From assembly GCF_964355755.1 (NCBI RefSeq), contig NC_092671.1, forward strand, positions 10,664,001-10,728,000: a DNA stretch of 64,000 nt, given 5' to 3'. Under the pieces are notes generated by a model, which worked only from the letters and a program-made list of their open reading frames with translations, was not told where the DNA came from and searched no databases. The position numbers were made by a program, and so were the translations under genes. Source of the DNA: Antedon mediterranea. Taxonomy: Eukaryota > Animalia > Echinodermata. Below, piece after piece: positions 40,082 through 53,300 of the stretch. Positions within the stretch are counted from its first letter, which is position 1. Every line of letters begins with the position of its first letter.

Positions 40082-42754
40082 TTGGTGGCGGTATTCTTCA
40101 TTTTCAATTTTTATATAACCCAACAAGCTAGAAAATTCTATTTGAATAGAGTGTGAAAGTGTGAAAATGCAGTTCTATATTTCATCATGCCGCGGAAAGC
40201 TTATTACTAACATTTTATTTTGTGACAAAAAGTTGATTTTATTCATGTATAAAGGAAGACACCTTTAAACAAAAATCTAGAGAAGGGTCACCCGTGTTTC
40301 TTTAATAGATGTGTAATTGATTCCTCATTGTTAAGGGTTTCCCTTAACAGAAATTGTAGTGAAAATATATTTTCTTGTCATTTTTCAGATGATAAAAAAC
40401 TTGTTTTTGATTTTTCTTAATTCTATGCAGTCTTTTAACAAAAAAAGTTATAAAGATTGGTCCAGTGTGTTAAATGTTATTGATAAACAAACAAAATTAT
40501 CTGCATGTTAACTGACTAGATGAGTTAGACATAGTATCTCTTGAGTTCAAAAAGGTGTTTAATTCTGAGCTTTGATTTCTCCCAATAGCTTGTTGTTTTT
40601 CGCACAGGACATGAATAAGCAAAAACATCTCAACCGTTCTAATTTTGTTTTTCCTCAATTCCAAATTGACTTGGTTGCTTGATAAACAGTAAACAGACAG
40701 GTGGGAAGATGACGAGACAGCTTTAAATTAGCCTGTTGTTACAGCTAATAGCATACAGCTACAGATTTCTTCCAAAGATTAATGGTTTTTGCAAAATATG
40801 AGGCTACCAACTGGAATTGAAATCTATATTATAACAATTGTAATTGTACTGGAAAAGTTTGAAAATGCCCTGGTTGCTAAGTGTACAATAAATTTCAATG
40901 AAATTAAATTAATTTATACATATCAAGGTTTTTTACAATTTCCTGGTCAAATAAATTTTAAAATACACTTTGTACATCAGCTATTCATGCTGACTTTAGT
41001 AAAATAAGAATTGTGATGTTGGGCTACTAGTTACAAATTAACAAACTACACAAAACCCCATTAAGGAATAAAATATGCCCTTCATTAATGTTCTTACTGG
41101 ATAGGGGTTGGGCGTACTGTTTAAAACATGTCGCCTTAATTTATAGGGGTGTCTATTGTATGTTACTATAAAAGTCTGAACCTTGCATTTCTGAAAAGTT
41201 AAATTCTGTGCAAGAAAAATAATAGTTTTTACATAAATACATACATAATCTGCTTCTATGAAATAATTTAATACCTAAACACCAATCGATAAATTAATAA
41301 TAAGATTTGTTAAGCGCACATATCTTATATATATAATTAAATATTTATTTACTATTATTATATATTAGGATTTAAAACATAGTAATACTTATTTTATGAG
41401 ACTATTAGGTTTCCAATCCCACCAAATGAGTATGTTATATAGAAATAATTCAGCACCTATTTTAGTTTAGATTGCAATACTCTAAAACAATTGTTTTAAG
41501 TTAAAAACGTATTGCATTTTGTAATTATTGTATACAAAATTATAGGGGTGTTTTTTTTATTAGACTTAGAGCTTTATCAATTTAAATTCGCCCAATTTTG
41601 TACAAATCAATTGGTAATTGGCACTTTTTATTTTAAATATATATTTAAGAGAACATTTGTATCAGCACTAACAATACATTGTATTTTAAAAGTATACATT
41701 ACAGTATTTTAGTTATACTGTAGATCTTCACTTGCAGGTAATAGGTGTAAATATTATTTTAGGAGAAAAAGATAAGATCAATTGGAACTAATGATATTGT
41801 TTTTTCTTACCTCTAGAAAAAGGAGGGGGTGGGGAGATGGTGTTTCCCATTATTGAGTTATAGTTAGTTCTAAGTCAATTTAAAGTGAGTGATCAAAAAT
41901 TAGAATATAGAGTACAATTTGGAGTTGTCACCTAGGTTGATAATATTCCAATATATCTATTTTAATTTATTATGATTAAGTTAAGGAAAGGGACTACTTG
42001 ATGCAACAATTACTACTTATCTGTAGTTTAGTGGTGTTACTTGTTAACTTTCCAATATTTAAATATAGGCTTAATATAGTGTATTATATAATTACAGTTA
42101 AATCTTTACCTGTGCCACACAATCTAATTCAGAATGTTCGTATTTCAGAGCATTAGAAATGTATGTGTGATCATGGGTAGGTGTAATAAGATTGGACACT
42201 TGCATCCCAGGTGTTGGTAGTCGCAAATAAAATGAGGGTTTATCATTTGAGATATGTCGTTGTACCTATAAGGTTATTAATAAAGAAGAACAATCCGTAA
42301 ATATTTCATCATTTTCATTAAAATATTAATTGGTGCTTTTTTTTTCTTTGAAATCTTTTCTTTTTTCCTCGTCTCTTGGGATCAGATTTCAATTTGCTAA
42401 TTCATTTTAATCATTGCTCCTTTTACAATATAATGCATTTACATAATACATTACAGTATATTATTTTTCTTTTACAGCACTTGTAGTATGTAGGTCTATA
42501 CATTTTCCTTATGTGACATATGTTTTCCTTTAAAGTAACATTCCACAGTGTTTTTTTATCCATTCTCTGTTGGTTTATACTGTCACCTTCCCTTCCGTCA
42601 ACGATGTTATAAATTATAGAGAATATATGGATGTTATTGGAAGAATCGTGAATGTGACGCATCAAATAATAAGTTTATTTTCCACCAAATAGGAAAAGTA
42701 GCAAGTGCGCCCTCTGTCGACAAGTCTAACTAAGTTTGGTTCCATTCCAACTAA

Positions 42755-42933
42755 AGCTTGGTTCCCACTTGAACGTAGCGCAAGGACGTAAACGCAACGC
42801 AAGCGTTTTAACCAATGACAAGCGAAGATATAGGCAGTTAGCAATCACAAGCAAATAAGCCATCGCTTGTGATTGGTCAATTCATTTGCGTTGCGTTACG
42901 TCCTTGCGTTGTGTCGCTAGTGGGAACCACGCT
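42755..42933. mobile_element. Harbinger-type MITE family B, full-length
   Basis: TAA|AGCTTGGTTCCCACT...AGTGGGAACCACGCT|TAA with long internal inverted symmetry (CGCAAGGACGTAA...TTACGTCCTTGCG). Confidence 0.85.
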
Positions 42934-44639
42934 TAAGGGATGCGTAGGTCCTACAAAAAAAACTATTGTTTAATAAGACAAATGTAGGTCTACACTTATT
43001 ATAGAGTTGGCTCCTGTATATTACATAGAAATTATGAACGTATAAATAGTCATTGAATTCTATAATTAAAAATTAGCGAACCTATTACTAATGCATCATT
43101 AAGGTTTATTAAATAATTTAATCAGACATCAATTTTATGTTGACGACATGGAGAAATAATTGTCTGCCATATCCGATAATAATTAAAAGAAAGGCGCGTC
43201 AAGTATAGAGAAATATACTACACTGTAGTCAACAAGTCCTTATTAAAAATCCTTAATCGGCCTAGTCAGTTGTCTATCGGTCGCTGCTGAACAACTGACT
43301 GATTCTGAGACTCCGATAGCCAAATCATTCGGATTTCCACATAATTCGCGGATTCTATAGGCCTGTTAGTCATTCGTATTTTGGGTCTTCCCCTAAATGC
43401 TAATTCGCTTGAGTAATAGAAATTCATGTTCACGATCTTTGTATACGTGTGTTAGTTACAAAGTACATGGACAACTAATTATTTATCATGCAAAGTATTA
43501 CTACTCTCACAAAACCATAATTTGTCGTCGTCTTTCCAGTAATATAAGCCATTTTCAATATGTAATGTAAAGAAAATAATTTTCATTAGTCCTTCACCCG
43601 ATGTTTAGAGTCACGCCACATCCGTTTCTATGCTCCGATCATATGTTAAGTTGCATTAAATAATCTTTTCAATTAAAATGTGTATGTCATGATTAATGTT
43701 TCATTTTACCTTCTTCATCTAAATGAAAATATAAAAAAGAAATAAAGCGCACAAAACAATTTCCACGCGTTTGAACACCAATAGTACACGCAGTTCAACG
43801 TGTAGAAGTACGGTAACCGAACGCAAGCGATGGGAAACGAGGCGCCCGATGGACTAGGAACCGTCCTTGAGTTAAGACTAAACGCGCTTACAACTTGACT
43901 CATTTATTAACCATTAACAGTAAGCAACTAGCTGTTGTTATTATTTCTAATTCCAACCAACTTGAAGTTCTTTGTTAGTGGCGCCGAAGCAAAGTTTTTA
44001 TGTGGGCCTGCTGCGCCCATAGTGCACGTCCACTGAACCGGAACTTACAGTCCACCAGTACGTACGATTCAGTTTTGTTGTATAAGCTTATGCCTAGCCT
44101 ACAGGGTATATCAATAACCTATAAAATGTAAGTTTACGAACAGGAGTTATGTTGATTAGCTTGTTCGTGTGGAATTAAAAGAATCATAATTTTATTTTTG
44201 AAAGGAAATAAAAATTCATCCATAAATTGGTGTTGGTCAATATTGCCAGAGGGTCATTAATAAACTCAAAGCGCTTTTTCTTCAGGACAGATTACTGATT
44301 ATTCATTAATAACAAACAACACGATAAAGCTACAGCACTAATTATAAAAACATGTTTCTACAAATATTAATTAGGTCAAGGAACCATGATTAGGTTTAAT
44401 ATTAACAACCCGAAGGCTAATTTCCAATATCGATTATTTCATTACTATTACTATACTTGCATTACATCAGTGCGTCAATTGGACGTCGTCTACAGAATGA
44501 TCTGTACATAAAGTTTTACCAATTTGAGTTGACTTCAGAAATGTAGGCCTACTTTTTCTGTAATTAAATTCTGCGAACTGACAGGGGTGTTTTGTTTTGG
44601 CACTGTTTAATTCAAAAGAAAAAAACTCGTCATAACCAA

Positions 44640-44972
44640 CCTAGGATGCTCCCAATAGGACGCACCATAAGTACGTAAGCCGCAACACAAGAGAATTGGC
44701 CAATCACAAGCTCGAGATTTCGATTAACCCATCGCTTTCGATTGGTCAATTCGCTTGCGTTTGCGACTTACTTCCTTACGTTGCGTCCTAGTTGGTTCCC
44801 ACTACTGGAGATGCAAGTACGTAGACGTAATTTGAACGCAAGCGAGTTGATTCATTCAAGCAACCTGTTCGAATAATTGTTCGAATAATCCATCGCGTGT
44901 GATTGGTCAAATCACTTACGACTACGTACCGTCGCGTTACGTACTTGTGTTGCGTCTCTACAGAGAACCAAA
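44640..44972. mobile_element. Two abutting degenerate MITE family B copies
   Basis: Repeated family motifs CCAATCACAAGC, CATCGC..GATTGGTCAA and TTGGTTCCCACTA...AGAACCAA. Confidence 0.6.
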
Positions 44973-46686
44973 CATCAGTTATGTATTATATTTTGTTTTT
45001 GTCTTATTATACCTCATGGGCAAAAAAAAAAAAAAACTTCAAATGTGTTACGTCGTCACGTCCACAACCTGCAATACAACCTGGTACCCGGTAAAGCGCT
45101 AAGTACTTTTTAGACCTACTTTTTATACACTTAAGATTGACTTCACTGATACACTGTATACGATTTTGTTTAGTTATTACACGTTATGTATTTTAAAGAT
45201 AATAATAAGATATAGTATGTTCAACGAGGCGACTGAACATTGTGCATTGTGAACATTTGGCAAATTATCAATTTCGTTTATCGAAATTAGGAATTAGATC
45301 GTGAGAAGTTGAAAGTTTGCAAAGTAGAACTGTTCGTACTTGTTGAATGATATAGACCTTAACAAAAATGCCCCGACACGATGTGGTCTACGGGTCTATA
45401 AACACAAAGGCGGCTTGTAATTTGGGCTTTGCGCTGACTCCATTCTGCTATTCAGCACAGAAGGGGCAAGGGTCATAAGTTAAGCAAGCTATTTACCTAC
45501 TGTTTGCCAAAGTATTTGTCAATTGTGTACGATTGCAATGCGGCCAATAATTGTCGTATGCCAGGCGCCAGTGTTCTGCATTCCAACAATAGCCGGGGGA
45601 TTTGTCCGCTATCTCTGGCTTCGATGCTTGTGACGTCATCGTGCTAGTTGGATTGGCATGTTCCATTTACTTGTGGGGATAATTTTAAACTAATCGCCTA
45701 AACACTCTTGAACTCTCTCAAGTTCAAACGCATGAAAGCTGTTCTAATCAATGTCAAACAACATCCTCAATATTTGATATGCATAATGTATTGTTCATTT
45801 CAAATCAACGCAATTCACACATTAAAAACAAGTCGCAAACTCACTAGTCGTTATGCATTGCAAATACAAACCATATAATTGAACTTTTTTGAAACGACAA
45901 AACAGGGTAAATTTACTTTATTAATAAAAGTGTATATCGATATGTATGGATATATATAGTCTGAACTAAGTAAGAAGACGGCGCGACTGGCTCTAACGCA
46001 GTCATTAGCATTTATACCAAAAGGGAAATAATGTTTTAAATTTGATTAATAAACAAGATAGGCTGTACAGCTCGATAAATAAGCAAACGATACAGATGTA
46101 GAAATAAAACTCCGAAATGAGAAATATAAGCTCATATAATGCCGACGTTATGTCCAGTAACTCGGAGACGTGGAAATTGCTAACCCTACTCCAATAAGTA
46201 ATGGCTTGTCAATAATATCAATTACTAAAATGATTCATTATAGCGATAGCCTTGCTGACTGGATTCCGTGAAGAAGCCTTCTCCTTTGCATCTCTTACAG
46301 GAAGCCAGGCGCTAGCGCCAATTCACCCGACCATCGCAGAGTGTAAAGTGGCGAGCCAGTGTGGCGGGTCTTCCATAAAGCGGGCTCCCTGTCATTTACG
46401 CGTAATTTGATCCTTATAATGTGTAGGTCGAGTTTCCGCTGTTCAAATTTAAGTACTCACTCATAATTGTATATTTTATTTCTCCAGTAAATTTTAACCA
46501 TTTATTTTATATAAAATTGAATATGATCAAGTTATGTATCAACTTTAAATATTTTTATGTTTTTTTACATTCAAAATAGCTTTATTTTCTTTTAATTAGC
46601 ATTGCAACAGAGGGGTTATGTACATAACATGTAACAGACCTAGTATTTCGTGAACAATCGTTTGAGATCGGAGCGCGCGCCTAATT

Positions 46687-46726
46687 GTCTAGACGAACAC
46701 AAGCACGTGACCAAAAATCGACCAAT
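46687..46726 (+). promoter_or_regulatory. Candidate Smad6/7 proximal promoter: palindromic SBE GTCTAGAC + E-box CACGTG + CCAAT
   Basis: GTCTAGAC at 46687-46694, CACGTG at 46704-46709 and CCAAT at 46722-46726, preceded by a GC-rich GAGCGCGCGCC, about 600 bp upstream of the ATG. The function is inferred. Confidence 0.6.
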
Positions 46727-47317
46727 GAAATAGTAAGCTAAAGTAATGTTTTTATGTATGGTGGTATGGTGGATTGAATTGCGAGGATGAGCGAAGTGTG
46801 AGCCTAGGCTAAGCAGTATACGCTAGTTGCAAGGGGTTATATTGCTGTTTAGTTATTTATTTGAATAGGAAAGACCCACTTATCTTTGAATTCTAAAATA
46901 TTGTTTGCATTTGTATCTCTATCCTAGGATTTATGACAAATATCAGCTCCAGAATCAACTTGGATAGACTAAAATCAACTCGGATGCTAAGCCTTCAGTC
47001 AAGCACACATGCGAACGTGGAATCTTTGATTTTTTGAGCGGGGATGTTCACATATTGATAGAGCTAGCTGTTGAAATACGGAAATTATTCGTAACACAGG
47101 AATCATTATATTTAATTTATTGTCCTGGTTAGAGCCATTAGTGCCTGAAATTGCAATCCTGAATACTACACGGGATTTTTCGTGTTTTTTCTGTGCCGAA
47201 TGCGATAGTTCAGGTACTTACTCCGCTACTGAAGCTCATTCTGCGTCAGCCGTATTATCATCAGCTGGCGTCGAGTATGCGGAGTTAATCTATGGGCGTT
47301 TATGTAGTAAATGTCGT

Positions 47318-50300
47318 ATGTTTAGGTCCAAGCGTTCTAACTATGTCCGTCGCCTTTGGCGAAATCGTATTACAACTTCTACGGATAGTGAGGACCAAAA
47401 ATCATCCAAATTAGATACTCACCAAAGCAGTGATTTTGAACGAGATTTAAAAGCAGCTTCACATGTATTTTTAAAAAGATTAAAAGAAAAACAATTGGAA
47501 TTACTTTTGGAAGCAGTGGAAAGTAAGGGTGGCGCGGCTACGGCCTGCGTTCTACTACCGCGCGGGGAACTTAAAATTGGTCACAAAACATTATCTCCGG
47601 ATATTTTATGTTGTTTACTTTTCCGTTGGCCAGACTTACCAAATGGCTCGGAATTACGACGACTCAAACACACATGCAAATTCAACAAAGACTCGGCCGA
47701 ATCGGCGGGATATGTGTGTTGTAACCCTTACCATCTCAGTAGACTCGCAACAACACCAGGTAAGTTTTCGCAAGACAGTGTAAATTACATCATTTAAAAA
47801 GTTTATTCATTAAATGTCAAGTTGTATAAATAGAGTTTATAAACAGTGAATGTTGTGCAATTACATTATTATGATTATCTTTTTCTTCAACAAAAATCCT
47901 TTATTATTTAACTAATAAAATGAATAAATTGAAAAAGTAAATTTCTCATTTACATGGCATGTAATTTGCATAAAATTTCACCACAGGTGACATACTGTAC
48001 ATAATTTGGAGGTGGGTGTATCCTGCAGCATTAATTAAAATGCAAAAGATTAAGCGCTGAATCTGAATGAACAGACATACTGGTGGCAATGTGCAACAAA
48101 GGGCATTCAACTGGCAACATCCAACAAAGTAGAAGCAAACAATATGATATGTATCCAAGTAGAGCCTGAAGCATTATACATTATGCATGTCTCCCCGTGT
48201 TCATGTAATCATGAATGTTGATGAGATGTGATAGGCTTGAGTTTTTTTAGACCATGGAGGAGGTTAAAATGTCTTCTTCTGACATGTGCTGGTGGTATTT
48301 TTAACATAAGTTTATAGCGTTTGATACTGTATTTTCCTAAATTTAATGTGTTGTTGGCTACAGTATGTATTGTATATTATTGCGTACATATGCCTTTTCC
48401 TAGTCTACTGTACATCTAAGCATCTGGACCTTTTTCCTTTAACTGATACCCACTGATTGTCCACAATGTACAGTACTATACTGTAGAAATAACATACCAT
48501 CCCATTATTAAAATGAATCCTTCTACCTTCTATTATCTCAATTTGTATTCTTTTCATTAATACTGTATACCATCATAAATTTAGATACTTAAAAGGTATT
48601 GTTTACATAGCATTCTTCATTTGTATTGTAGATCAAATACTTTTAATATTATCTTTTGTTTAAACAAATCTCTACTTTAATAGTTGTTTATATAAACTGT
48701 TGCAACCCTGTCACATTTAAGCCCCTTTGAATTATTCTGCAAGATTCATTTTATGAGAAAATCTACATCAGAACAAAGATCTTTAAGTTCTTGCATGAAA
48801 TTAAGAATGCGTTTTGAACATTTTACTTCATTCATGTATGACAATCACATTCAAGGGTATTGACCTTCCTATAAAAGCCTTCACAGCTAATGACAGTACT
48901 GAGAGAGACCTTGTAATAAATGAACTCAATTACATTATGTTGAACATTCTCACAATAGAAAAAATTAAATTTGCATTTTACAGTACTCCGATCTCCTTAT
49001 TTACTGTAAAAATGGAAAAACATATCAGGCTTGTACTACAGTATACTGTGTCAGTATATAGTACAGTAGGCCTACCATATATTAAAAGTACTTGATACTC
49101 TACAAGTACAGTAAGTAAAGGAAGAAAGTAGAAAGTGCTATATTTAGGAATTGAAGGGTCACTAAGCGAAAATACATAAAAATATCATGTTTATATTTTA
49201 CAAGTGCTTTAACTTGACACCCTAAGTTTATAGGAAAATCAGTGAATTTTGTATAATAATAATGCGCTACTCTCACAGCATTTATTAGGTCCAATAAAAC
49301 ATCGGAAATTTGTTGTACACTATTTAAAAAAGAACGAATAAATATATAAGAACATAGTAGTTAGTACACACTATACAAAATTGCACAAAAATATTATACA
49401 TAATTATAAAGATACATTAATTATATAAAAATTACTTAAACAGAACCAAATTATCTAGTAACGGTGTTAGTATACTGTAGTATTGTATTAATATCAGTAA
49501 TTAAACATTTTATTTTCAATCCATTACATACTACGGAAGCTACAGTCAGATAGTACAGTATTATTTCTAATTGGATGGGATAGAAATTTTAAAAATACGG
49601 ATTTTGCCAACAATGAACCTAGGACGTACTTGTAGACTAGCAGGAGACCAAACCATCAAGTCATAGGTCACCACTCAGCAGTGCCCAACAAAATGCTGTT
49701 TTAATTTCGATTGCATGTGTCTCCATTGGAAACGGAGAAATAACTGATTGACGGAGCGTATTTGCATAATATAGTTGCTTGTTATGGTTTATTAATCATT
49801 CAATATACTGTATTTTCTTGGGTCAATGTTTTATATTAAACGCCGCCATCTCCCACTGTCTTTGCCTGTTTGAATATTCTGCTCCACACTGAGTTCAGCG
49901 ATTTACATGCAAGCAAAAACTGATTAATTTCATATGGCGATGTCTTTAATCTCTGTTTAAACCACAAGCTCTGACTGTCTTAATTGCTATACATAACATG
50001 TATATTTGATTTATTTATTGACATAGTGATACAATCAACATCTCTAAAATAAAAACTAGACAAATCTTTGAGATGATAAATGTTTCCTAGAAGTAATCAT
50101 AAAGGATTTTTTCTGATTACTGCATAGATCTAGTAATCTTTCAGTACGTTTTGCTTCAGGTTGAAAGTTTCATAAATTACATATAAATGCAATAGGCCTA
50201 GTTTACATCGAAGGAAAGCATTTTGACTGGATAAGTTTTCTTAGCTTTCTAAGCCAATTGCCTTTTACGATACTATACAGTATTATATGTAGCCATGCTT

Positions 50301-53300
50301 CAGTTCTTCTTCCTCACAACTCTTGACATGTTTGTCGTCGATGCTGTTAAGGCTTACAATCTGTATAGTACCATCCTCTTGAGGTTTTAAATTAGCTCAT
50401 TTCTAGCTGTTGTAGCATGTCCAATCTTGCTCTGTGACAAACCGTAAACATGGAAAATGCTAGTTTCTGTGTAGTGGCCATCTAGCAAAGTGTAAACATA
50501 GTAATAAATAAATTAATATATATTAATAGTGACAGATGGACTATTGTACAGTACAGTTAGGTAACTTTGTTTTTGCAATTAAATGCAATCTAGAATTTGT
50601 TAACTTTTTTAGAATACTAGTGAATCTTTTCTCTATCTGGATCTCAGTACAGTATAATACTCTGTAGATGCAACAAAAAAGTGTTAAGTCTGCTAAGTTA
50701 CTAACTGTAACTATGACAGCTAAAAGATAGCTTAGACTACAGTACCTGGGATGGATCCAGCTTTGAAGAAAAAGGGGCACAGTTCGCGACAAAGGCATGA
50801 TTAAAGGTACCTTGGAATGATGTAATTCTTATTTTGTATGGGGGTGCGGTGCGCCATTGGACAACTGTATAGTAGGCTGGATGATTGGAATGAATTTTAA
50901 CAGACTACTGTACTATTGTATTGTACACCAGTACTACATGTATACAGTACAGTTTATGTATTTCCAAACTACATTACAGCATGCATAAATTGTGGTTTCT
51001 AGACCTCTTTGTACCTGTTGGTTTTGAAAACCTACAGTAAATACATTATTCAAATGTTGACTCAGCAATCAAATGTTACTACCTATGTCAAAATCTGATA
51101 TATTGTTTATAGCATGCAATGTTTATGGTGTTCTTAAAGGCACGTTGTTTGAGCAGGATCACCTCTTGGCATTTTGCCTAGGCACACATTTGCGGTGATA
51201 CGATAGTGTGGTCTTTTTGAGCTGTAATTAGGTACAAGTCCATGACTATAAAGATGAACTGATGGTATTTATCTAAACAGAGGTTTTCAGGTCTTGGAAA
51301 CATCAATAAGGTTTTCAAATATACACAGAGATGTAGATATCGGACATGGTTTAAAATAGTTTACCACCAAGTGAAAGGGCAATAAAACACAGTACCTGTA
51401 CACTGCTGCTGTACTGTATCAGTATTCTGCATTCTGATGATGTTGAAAACATACATTTTGTTCAATTTTGATTATTCTTGAAATGTACTGTAATATTGTA
51501 CTTTTTAATCTAATTAAGTAATTTATTTTAAATAGTAATTTGGCGGAATTTAGGTGGTGGTATTATAGTACAGTACTGTCCTATATTGTTCAATGGTTTT
51601 ACTAAAATCTTGTTTCTGAATTTAGTCCTAATTTAGGGGGTGGGGTGGGATTAACCTACTGTAGAGCATGGGATTAAACTTGGTCATGCAGTTAGGCTTA
51701 CAATAATAATTTTGCATCTACTGTACCAATTCATTATTTGTTAAATTTAATCAAGCAACTCTATTTCTAAAAGCAGTGATATTGTTTTTGTAATTTTACT
51801 ATTGTAGAAATAATGATGTTATTGCGCACAGAAGTATAATAGTTTTGTGTTGGGTGTACCATTACAGTACTTCATTGTTAGCAAATTATGTGTTTCCTAT
51901 GTGTAAATCAGCACTGTAATCTAGTATAAGTGAAAAAAAACTACTTTTTGTGTGCCTTGCCACTTTTCGTTTAAGTGCTCCACTGGCGGTGCGTAAACAG
52001 GCCTGTTTGTGAAGTAGCAATGTGGATGGATTTGCCCTAGGCAAGTAAGGTTAGCCTTGTATTGAGTGTAGAATTTCCCAGTGTTGGAATGCAGGCCAGT
52101 CACTTGGGCACCAGGGAATATCCCAGGCTACAAAACTGTCATAAAAGTTACATTCTATCTGCATCACAGGTTGTCTTGAGCCTTGCCTGTTTTCCTGATA
52201 TTCAGTAATGAATAACCAAAACCTATGAAATCATTAAACCAACTATGAAATTGTTGACATATGCAATTAGATTATCAATGTAAGTACAGTAACGTATCGT
52301 TAGAAAACTAAAAGCCATACATATTACAACTTACAAGAAAATAATAATTTAGGTACCTACCAGTAAACTACAGTACATTTTATTTCTTACTATTTTAGTA
52401 AACAAATTTTTTATATTAAATTTTACATCAGATCATAAACAAAAATGTCAAGGTCTGTCAAAGATTTCATCTGCCTTTATTATCTGTCCGCCTAACTGTA
52501 CATACTTCATGATTATTGCTATGCAATTAGAGAAATTACTAAACATTGGAAAGAACTATACGCTAGTTCTGCCCGTTGGCTTTTGTTCTGATAATGAAGC
52601 TTGAACGTTTTGGAGAAGGTCACGCATTCGAAAACCATAATATCCGTCCTTACTCATTTAATATTCATAACTGTGCAACATCGCCTACCACTTGTATAGA
52701 TCGTTTATCATTTTTCTGAATATTTTAATGATTTTTTGACATTATTTTTACATACACAGTTGGCATGAAAAACTCCATTGGTACTGTACAATTATATTTC
52801 TTATGGTATACTGTAGTGTAGGCTGTACAATACAATCAATTTAAAAAATGTTAATTATCAGTCAGCGTAGCAACGTGTATCGAAGGACATATTACTTGTA
52901 AAAACGGACATGATCAGAATAAGAATAATTCTTTAAATAATTATTTAAAATTATTTTTTTCAAATTGTATCTGCTCTAGGGACAGTGTAAGGCGAATTTT
53001 TCATAGTGTCATATTGGCGTACAAACAATTTTAATCATATACTTGCCTTAATACTTTAAAGGCGGCATACTTTGTGTGGCCTTGATTTAAATTGGTATGG
53101 GGAGTTTAATGTTTATATTATACAATGATTTCGGCTGGGGAAGAATATTTCTGCATTAAAACTATAAGCAGTGGAATTTTTTCAATAAATACATATTTAT
53201 ACTGTATATCCTATCCACATTCTTCAGCACAATTTTGTATTTGCCATTCCACTGCATTTGTACTTGTATGATTACTGTATGCACCATGGATAAATAAGGC

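Noticed and set aside
40789-45102. Short ORFs in the DYM-Smad spacer
   Set aside because: Low-complexity AT-rich or MITE-derived translations with no recognisable domains or splice-consistent structure.
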